DNA of 47,412 bases from positions 1-47,412 of IMG/VR virus record IMGVR_UViG_3300044847_000039. The stretch is one strand, 5' to 3'. The notes beneath the pieces are model-generated. The model was not told where the DNA came from. It saw nothing but the letters and a program-made list of their open reading frames with translations, and searched no databases. Position 1 is the stretch's first letter; each line of letters begins with the position of its first letter. Position numbers and translations under genes: made by a program. Below, piece after piece: positions 41,373-47,412 of the stretch. Source of the DNA: a virus. Its lineage: Duplodnaviria > Caudoviricetes.

Positions 41373-41728
41373 GTCCAGAAGAGAGAGCGCATCGGTTAGC
41401 GAAGGCGCTGGCCCATGACTGGCAGGCTATCGGCGAAGTGGACGCCTCGCTGCTCGTCGATGCCATCGGCGCCGCCGAGCAGGATGCCGCGGCGGACCTG
41501 GAGTTCTACCGAGAACGCGAGAAGCACATCGCGAAGCTACTCGGGGTAGCAGACGGAGGTCAGTACCGGGCCGATTGGGACGGAGCGGTCGAGCGGCTCA
41601 AGCGCGAGGCCGCGGACGAAGCGCTGGAGAGGGCGGGGGAAGCCTGCGACCGGATCTATTTACCCACCGCGGCCAACGTGGTGCGCTCCCTCAAGTCCCG
41701 GTCCCCGTCGAGCACGGAGGGGCGATGA
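41369..41728 (+). CDS. Hypothetical protein
   Basis: AAGGAG RBS; MSPEERA; GVADGGQYRADW. Confidence 0.65.
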   Translation: MSPEERAHRLAKALAHDWQAIGEVDASLLVDAIGAAEQDAAADLEFYREREKHIAKLLGVADGGQYRADWDGAVERLKREAADEALERAGEACDRIYLPTAANVVRSLKSRSPSSTEGR

Positions 41729-42138
41729 GCGACGGGACCAAACGCAACTCTACCAGCCGTCCGGTTCGATCGAACGGCTGGAGTTCTCGTCATGTCGGTC
41801 GCCGTGACGCTGTCGAGCCCTCCGTCGTCGAGGCATTCGAGGCGGGCGGCGCGACCGTCGAGCGCCTTCCGGGAGGCGGGGGTCGTCCGGATCTCGCCGT
41901 CGGCTTTCTTGGCCTCACTCATTTCGTCGAGGTCAAGTGCGACCGGCAGGGATTGAGTTCGGCGCAGGTTGAGTGGTCTCGGACCTGGGCAGGAGAGCCT
42001 CCCAGAATCGCCAGGACGCCCGCACAGGCTCGCAAGCTCCTCCGCCAATGGAGAGACGGCGCCCCCACCCTAACTCACGTCCTAAGGGCAGCGGCTGCGT
42101 CCAGTGGGTATGTCCCGGATCAGGAGGACAGTGCATGA
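41725..42138 (+). CDS. VRR-NUC / PD-(D/E)xK resolvase-like nuclease
   Basis: RRDAVE..GRPDLAVGF..FVEVK..LSSAQVEW. Confidence 0.82.
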   Translation: MSDGTKRNSTSRPVRSNGWSSRHVGRRDAVEPSVVEAFEAGGATVERLPGGGGRPDLAVGFLGLTHFVEVKCDRQGLSSAQVEWSRTWAGEPPRIARTPAQARKLLRQWRDGAPTLTHVLRAAAASSGYVPDQEDSA

Positions 42139-42356
42139 AGCTCGCCCCCGGCACCCTCCACGTCCGCAAGCACCACAAGGTGAACCGGCAACTCTGGGTC
42201 TGCGTCGGGTGCGGGAAGACGAGAGCTCACGCCAGGCGCACCTACTGTGAGGTCTGCAAGGAGCGGCTGGCCGGCGGGGGGTCCGTGGATGTGGACGACT
42301 TCCCGACGTGGCGGGAGCTCTTGAGGCTACGGAGGGTGTTAAGGTGCCTTCCGTGA
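42135..42356 (+). CDS. Zn-ribbon protein
   Basis: CVGC..YCEVC; AGGAGG RBS. Confidence 0.65.
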   Translation: MKLAPGTLHVRKHHKVNRQLWVCVGCGKTRAHARRTYCEVCKERLAGGGSVDVDDFPTWRELLRLRRVLRCLP

Positions 42357-42661
42357 CAGAAATAGGGAGATGGTCGGCAAGGCTAGCCCGTGCCCAAGAG
42401 CGGAAGGCGTCGTCCCCGTGGGCGACGCGTGTGCTGGAATACTTGTCCGTCACTGAGCGGGGTCATGGGCGTATTTTGGGAAGAACCGGTTGGTCGCGCG
42501 CATCCGAGGCCGCCCTGTCACGATCCTTATGGGCGTTCGATGCGCGCCAAAGAGGGTTGACGCTTCGCAGTATTGGTGTCGCCCTTGGTGTTGGAGTGCA
42601 GAGAGCGTCCGTAATCACCGAGCGAGGCAGGCTATTTGTAAGTAGCCTTGATGGCGGCTAG
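42344..42661 (+). CDS. HTH protein (sigma-region-4-like), possible late regulator
   Basis: RQRGLTLRSIGVALGVGVQRAS; directly before the terminase genes. Confidence 0.55.
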   Translation: MPSVTEIGRWSARLARAQERKASSPWATRVLEYLSVTERGHGRILGRTGWSRASEAALSRSLWAFDARQRGLTLRSIGVALGVGVQRASVITERGRLFVSSLDGG

Positions 42662-42695
42662 CGCGCCCCCCATCTGCCACGCGTAATGCTGGCAG

Positions 42696-43013
42696 GTGCT
42701 GCCATCGGGGAAAGGGGTCCGGGTAGCCCGGTACTCGAAGCGCCCGACTACACGGGCTCCTCGAGGCTCGCGCGCCGCTGAGGCTCTCCTCTCCGAAGCG
42801 GAAGTCCTAGAGCAGCTCCGGCTCGACCCTGACGCGCTCGCCGCTCTCCGCGCTTGTTGCAGCCTCAGCCCGCCGCGCAACGCGGCGGCGATCGTCTCGG
42901 CCATTCGGGCGCGGCTGGAGTTTTCGCAGCCGAAGCCGACGCAGCGGTCTGAGGTTGAGGTCTCCGGCAAGATCGAGGTGGTCAACCCCTACGCGAAGCC
43001 GGGGGCCGAGTGA
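42696..43013 (+). CDS. terS: Terminase small subunit (putative)
   Basis: Position; C-terminal EVEVSGKIEVV beta segment. Confidence 0.6.
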   Translation: MLPSGKGVRVARYSKRPTTRAPRGSRAAEALLSEAEVLEQLRLDPDALAALRACCSLSPPRNAAAIVSAIRARLEFSQPKPTQRSEVEVSGKIEVVNPYAKPGAE

Positions 43014-44308
43014 TCACGCTCCCCTTCACGCCCTGGGCGCACCAGCGCGACGCGCACGAGAAGCGCAAGCGGTTCACGGTGCTTGTGTGGCACCGTCGCG
43101 CCGGCAAGACGGTCTTTGCCGTCCTCGAGGCGATCCTCGCGGCGCTGGACAGCAGGGTAGACCGAGCCCGGTTCGCCTACGTCGCGCCTTTCTATCGGCA
43201 GGCCAAGGCGGTGGCCTGGGAGTACCTGAAGCACTACGCGCGGCCGGTCCCTGGCACGGAGATTCTAGAAGCGGAGCTCACGGTCAGGTTCGCGAACGGG
43301 GCGAGTGTTCGTCTCTTCGGCGCCGACAACCCCGATTCTCTTCGAGGGCTGTATTTCGATGGCGTCGTCCTCGATGAAGTGGCGGACATGCGCTCTGAAG
43401 TATGGGGCGAGATCATCCGTCCGGCGCTGACGGACAGGCAAGGCTGGGCGCTCTTCATTGGCACGCCCAAGGGCATCAACCTCTTCTCGGACCTGTATCA
43501 GCGGGCCTCAGTGGACGAGGGCTGGTACTCCGATCTGCGCCGCGCTTCGGACACGGGTTCGATTCCCATCGAGGAGCTCGAGCGCGCCCGCCGTGAGATG
43601 TCTCCTGCTCAGTACGCACAGGAGATGGACTGCGACTTCTCCGCGGCCGTCGTCAACGCCCTTGTGCCGCTTGAACTGGCCCTGGCCGCTACGAAGCGGG
43701 ACGTCAATGCAGCGGTGATCATCCAGGCGCCGAAGGTGATGGGCGTGGACGTGGCGCGCTACGGCGACGACCGCAGCGTCATCGCCAAGCGCCAGGGCCA
43801 GGTCGCCTTCCAACTCCAGACCTGTCGCAACCTCGACACGATGGAGTTTGCCGGGCAGGTGGCGCGTGTCGCGACCGAGTGGAAGCCGGACGCGATCTTC
43901 GTGGACGAGGGCGGCATCGGCGCTGGCGTCTACGACCGGCTGGCCCAACTTGGCTATCCCGTCCTTGCGGTCTCCTTCGGCTCCAAGGCCATCGACGACC
44001 GCTACGAGAACAAACGGATGGAGATGTGGGCGCTCATGGCCGAATGGCTGCGCCTCGGATGCCTGCCGGATGATCACGAGCTCGTCCGAGAGCTAACCGC
44101 GCCCACATTCTCCTATGCCAACGCGCGGGGACGTCAGCAGCTCGAGTCGAAGGACGACCTACGCGAGCGGCTGAAGTGTAGCCCGGACAAGGCCGATGCG
44201 TTGGCCCTGACCTTCGCGTCGCCGGTGTCTCCCGCTCCCCGCGACGACTGGGGCATGCCAATGCAGCGGCAGACCCGCCACGAGAAGACCTGGCAGGAGG
44301 CGCGGTGA
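43010..44308 (+). CDS. terL: Terminase large subunit
   Basis: HRRAGKT Walker A, GVVLDE Walker B, IGTPKG, GVDVARYGDD, SPDKADAL. Confidence 0.96.
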   Translation: MITLPFTPWAHQRDAHEKRKRFTVLVWHRRAGKTVFAVLEAILAALDSRVDRARFAYVAPFYRQAKAVAWEYLKHYARPVPGTEILEAELTVRFANGASVRLFGADNPDSLRGLYFDGVVLDEVADMRSEVWGEIIRPALTDRQGWALFIGTPKGINLFSDLYQRASVDEGWYSDLRRASDTGSIPIEELERARREMSPAQYAQEMDCDFSAAVVNALVPLELALAATKRDVNAAVIIQAPKVMGVDVARYGDDRSVIAKRQGQVAFQLQTCRNLDTMEFAGQVARVATEWKPDAIFVDEGGIGAGVYDRLAQLGYPVLAVSFGSKAIDDRYENKRMEMWALMAEWLRLGCLPDDHELVRELTAPTFSYANARGRQQLESKDDLRERLKCSPDKADALALTFASPVSPAPRDDWGMPMQRQTRHEKTWQEAR

Positions 44309-44493
44309 TGATGGAAGTCATTCCACTCAAAGATCAGAACGGGCGCACTCGCTACTGGGCTGAGGATAGGGCGCTGAAATGCAGCGCGTGCGGCCGCATC
44401 CCGGCGATCGTGGGGCTGACCGAGACTGAGGCTAGAGATAACTTTCGTCGCTGGCTTCCATTGACGCATTGCCAGCACGGAGAGGACCTATGA
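44305..44493 (+). CDS. Small Zn-binding protein
   Basis: CSAC..HCQH. Confidence 0.5.
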   Translation: MMMEVIPLKDQNGRTRYWAEDRALKCSACGRIPAIVGLTETEARDNFRRWLPLTHCQHGEDL

Positions 44494-44651
44494 AGCCCAA
44501 ACTCGGTAGCGGCGCTCGCTTCGCAGCCCTCAAGTCGAAGCTCGGCAAGCGCAAGGGTGTCACCAATCCGGCGGCACTCGCCGCCTTTATTGGACGTAAG
44601 AAGTACGGGGCCAAGAAGATGGCCGCCATGGCAGCCAAGGGGAGGAAGTGA
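44490..44651 (+). CDS. 53-aa highly basic protein
   Basis: MKPKLGSGARFAALKSKL...ALAAFIGRKKYGAKKM. Confidence 0.75.
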   Translation: MKPKLGSGARFAALKSKLGKRKGVTNPAALAAFIGRKKYGAKKMAAMAAKGRK

Positions 44652-44926
44652 ACATGACGCTCGAGGAGAAGCTTCTCACGGCTCTACAGGTCGCGGGCAC
44701 CATCGTCATCTCGGAAAACCAAGATGTTGTGTGCTCAATCAAGATCGCCGACTTCACAGAACACCACACCGCGACAGGCGCGACACCCGAGAAGGCGTTG
44801 ACGAGCTTTCTTGGATTGGTCCGCTCCGATCTCGTCAAGCTTGCCGAACATCACGAAGCGAAGGCCATCGCCCACTCGGAAGACGCTGCCAAGGCCAAGC
44901 ACCGGGCAGCGCAGATCGAGAAGTGA
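44648..44926 (+). CDS. Hypothetical protein
   Basis: GGAGG RBS; tiles the operon. Confidence 0.6.
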   Translation: MNMTLEEKLLTALQVAGTIVISENQDVVCSIKIADFTEHHTATGATPEKALTSFLGLVRSDLVKLAEHHEAKAIAHSEDAAKAKHRAAQIEK

Positions 44927-44938
44927 AAGGAGAAGGCA

Positions 44939-45172
44939 ATGGCGTCTCGACATTTCCCGCATCGCCCGGCCGGCGGCACGGAGAGTTCCAGGTTGTCTCC
45001 GATGGCCAAGTCGGGCCAGCGCTCCGGTAATCAGGGCGTGTCCCCCAGCGCAAGTCGGATGATGTCAAAGCAGGAGATCGCTTCGGCCTGCACGCCGGCC
45101 GGCACCGCAGGCGGGCCGATGCACGCCGAATCGACCGGCAAGGCCGGGACCGAGTCGACGGAAGCGGACTAG
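44939..45172 (+). CDS. Small disordered protein
   Basis: AAGGAG RBS. Confidence 0.55.
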   Translation: MASRHFPHRPAGGTESSRLSPMAKSGQRSGNQGVSPSASRMMSKQEIASACTPAGTAGGPMHAESTGKAGTESTEAD

Positions 45173-45574
45173 ATGGCTGACCTCTCGCCAGCGATCAGGC
45201 AGTTCCTCGACGCGGTGGCTCCGGGCGCGTTCCCGAAGCCTCCGGGCCCAGGTCCTGATCTCACTGACGAGGCGATCATCCAGCGGCAACTCCAACAGAA
45301 ACAGCGGCTAGCCTCCATGCAGGGCCGCAGCGCGACGTTCCTGACCGGACCGATGGGACTGGGCGGGCCGAGTTCGGAGCTCGCTACGGCTTTCCTGCGA
45401 GCGAAGCTTGACGAGAACCCGCTCGGCAACCTGCCGACCACGGATAAGACGACGCTCTCGCCTCCGCCTCCCGGCTTTGCCCCTCGTCCTAAGGTGCCGC
45501 CGGGAACGCCGCCCGGTCAATCCGTCCCCGCCGGCAGCTTCGGTGCCATGGGCTCGCTCTGGAAGGGCATCTAA
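45173..45574 (+). CDS. Pre-portal virion protein
   Basis: GRSATFLTGPMGL motif typical of the gene before the portal in BPP-1/T7-like phages. Confidence 0.65.
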   Translation: MADLSPAIRQFLDAVAPGAFPKPPGPGPDLTDEAIIQRQLQQKQRLASMQGRSATFLTGPMGLGGPSSELATAFLRAKLDENPLGNLPTTDKTTLSPPPPGFAPRPKVPPGTPPGQSVPAGSFGAMGSLWKGI

Positions 45575-47373
45575 TGGCGAACGAAGCCACAAGCGCGCCC
45601 TACGAGAGCGTCCGGCAGCGCGTGTTGCGCTTCTGGCGCGGCATGAAGGCGGAGCGCGACTTCTATCTGCCGACCTGGCGTGACATCGCCTCGTACGTGC
45701 TGCCCCAGGCCGCCCGCTTCATGCCCGGCGACACCAGGGCGAACGACACGCGTCGCGGCCAATCGCAGATGGACCTCATCCTGAACAACGCGGCTGGGCA
45801 CTCGCTCGAGACCGGCTCGGCCGGCATGGCGTCGTCGCTCACCAATCCGGCGCGACCTTGGTTCCGCATCACGACCGCGGATCCAATGCTGGCCGAGTCC
45901 TACTCGGTGCGCGGCTACTGCTTCCAGGTCGAGCGGCTCGTTCAGTGGGTCTTTGCGCGCTCCAACATCCACGGTGTCCTCGTGTCCCTCTACCGGAACG
46001 CAATGGCGTTCGGCACGGCGCCGATGTGGATCGACGAGGACGAGAAGGAAGTCATCCGGGCCTACACGCTCCCTATCGGCCAATTCGCCCTCGCGGCCAG
46101 CTACCAAGGCCGCATCGACACGGTGGCACGCGAATTCCCGATGACCGTGCGCCAACTCCTCCAACGCTTCGGTGAAGACAACGAGGGGTTTTCGACCGGG
46201 ACGAAGCGTCTCATCGAGCGGAGGGAATGGAATCAGCAAGTTCCCGGCGGCGTGCTGCACATCGTCTGTCCAAACGAAGACCTCGATGCCGGCGCTCTCG
46301 ATGGCCGGCAGATGAAGTCCCAATCCATCTGGATGGAGCTCGGGGCTGAGGACAACGTCCCGCCGCTCAAGGTCTCCGGGTACCGCGAGTTCCCGGTCAT
46401 GACGGCGCGCTGGGAAGTGAACGGGACCGACGACGTGTACGGGACCGGGCCAGTTCATCGCGCCCTGCCCGACATCAAACAGTTGCAGCACACCGAGGAG
46501 CAGAAGTTGAACCTTCTCGACAAACTCGTCTCGCCGCCCCTGAACTACGCCGGCAGCCTGCGCGGCGACTTCCCCAGCATCATGGCTGGCGCGCTCAACG
46601 TCGTGCCCGGCGACGGAAGCGGCAAAGTCGAGCCCACCTACGCCCCCGACGTGAAGGGCTACGAACTCGCGGCCGGCCAATGCGAGGTGCTCGAACAGCG
46701 CATCCGCAAGGCCCTCCATGAAGACCTGTGGCGGATGCTGACGGACCTGTCGGCGGACAACCGGCCGGCGGGCATGACCGCGACCGAGGTGGTCGAGCGC
46801 CACGAGGAGAAGTTGATCCTCCTCGGACCAGTCGTCGACCGCTTCCACAACGAAGTGCTGTCGCCGCTCATTAAGCGGACCGTGTCGGTGCTGGCCGAGC
46901 GGCGGATGCTCCCTCCACCTCCCGACGAGCTCGTGCAGGCCCTCATGCGCGGTGAGGACGTGCGCATTGAGTACATTTCCACCCTCGCTCAGGCGCAACG
47001 CATCCTCGGTATCGGTAGTCTCGAGCGCTTCGGCTCCATCGTCCGCCAGATCGCCGAGACCGATCCGACCGGCGCGGTCATGGACAAGGTCGACCGCGAC
47101 GAGGTCATCGACCAGGCCGCGGACATGCTCGGCATTCCGCCCAACATCGTCCGTGCCGACGATGCCGTAGCCGAGATGCGGATCTCTCGCGCTCGCAACG
47201 CCGCGGCTCAGCAGCAGATGCAATGGACCACTGCGGCCGCTCAGCAAGCGGCGGCGCTCGCCAAGACGCCAATGTCCGGAGATACGGCGCTGTCTCGGCT
47301 CCTGGCCGCGCAAGGCCCGAGTGCCACGAGCGCGACCCTGCCGCCGCAGACGCTCGGTGGAGGCGGCCCGTGA
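45574..47373 (+). CDS. Portal protein (head-to-tail connector, Bbp21/T7 gp8-like)
   Basis: LTNPARPWF, AFGTA, RW..DVYGTGP..ALPDIKQLQ, MTATEVVERHEEKLILLGPV, YISTLAQAQR. Confidence 0.96.
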   Translation: MANEATSAPYESVRQRVLRFWRGMKAERDFYLPTWRDIASYVLPQAARFMPGDTRANDTRRGQSQMDLILNNAAGHSLETGSAGMASSLTNPARPWFRITTADPMLAESYSVRGYCFQVERLVQWVFARSNIHGVLVSLYRNAMAFGTAPMWIDEDEKEVIRAYTLPIGQFALAASYQGRIDTVAREFPMTVRQLLQRFGEDNEGFSTGTKRLIERREWNQQVPGGVLHIVCPNEDLDAGALDGRQMKSQSIWMELGAEDNVPPLKVSGYREFPVMTARWEVNGTDDVYGTGPVHRALPDIKQLQHTEEQKLNLLDKLVSPPLNYAGSLRGDFPSIMAGALNVVPGDGSGKVEPTYAPDVKGYELAAGQCEVLEQRIRKALHEDLWRMLTDLSADNRPAGMTATEVVERHEEKLILLGPVVDRFHNEVLSPLIKRTVSVLAERRMLPPPPDELVQALMRGEDVRIEYISTLAQAQRILGIGSLERFGSIVRQIAETDPTGAVMDKVDRDEVIDQAADMLGIPPNIVRADDAVAEMRISRARNAAAQQQMQWTTAAAQQAAALAKTPMSGDTALSRLLAAQGPSATSATLPPQTLGGGGP

Positions 47374-47391
47374 ACGGCTACGCGCCCACCA
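47266..47391 (+). repeat. Terminal direct repeat, copy 2
   Basis: Identical to 1-126; the following 21 nt diverge. Confidence 0.95.
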
Positions 47392-47412
47392 ATTGCGTCG
47401 GTATGTGCCAGC

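Noticed and set aside
45571-47313. Long antisense ORFs (also 1149..2435, 11339..12724, 27958..29202, 29561..30898)
   Set aside because: Shadow ORFs opposite GC3-biased real genes, with no recognisable motifs.

Overview
This is a near-complete, circularly permuted genome (unit length about 47,265 bp) of a high-GC temperate podovirus. Bases 1-126 repeat exactly at 47266-47391. The head module is BPP-1-like (terminase, portal, scaffold, major capsid, cement protein), with T7/P22-style tail tube A, nozzle and three ejection proteins. Further modules are a virion-type CE4 polysaccharide deacetylase, a lysis cassette with an M15 peptidase, a beta-helix tailspike, and a tyrosine integrase with excisionase. 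A long leftward early operon carries a RecT/Bet-like annealase, Gam, an HNH nuclease, a SAM methyltransferase and many Cys-rich mini-proteins. A cI/cro switch has five TTGCAnGTGCAA-like operators, and a rightward replication/modification operon carries a PAPS-reductase-family enzyme, a Dam-type methyltransferase, an initiator with iterons and a VRR-NUC nuclease. The most notable points: (1) attP carries the 5' half of a tRNA-Gln(CUG) with a candidate replacement promoter, pointing antisense into int; (2) next to it is an endonuclease VII fused to an integrase-arm-like N-terminal domain; (3) the early region is built from gene and domain cassettes bracketed by 17-25 bp direct repeats; (4) the lysis cassette has no recognisable Rz/Rz1, but has a candidate inverted unimolecular spanin and a signal-peptide HNH protein; (5) an Asp-box beta-propeller is inserted in the nozzle. 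Family calls come from motif recognition by eye, not database searches. The host (possibly Myxococcota) is inference only.
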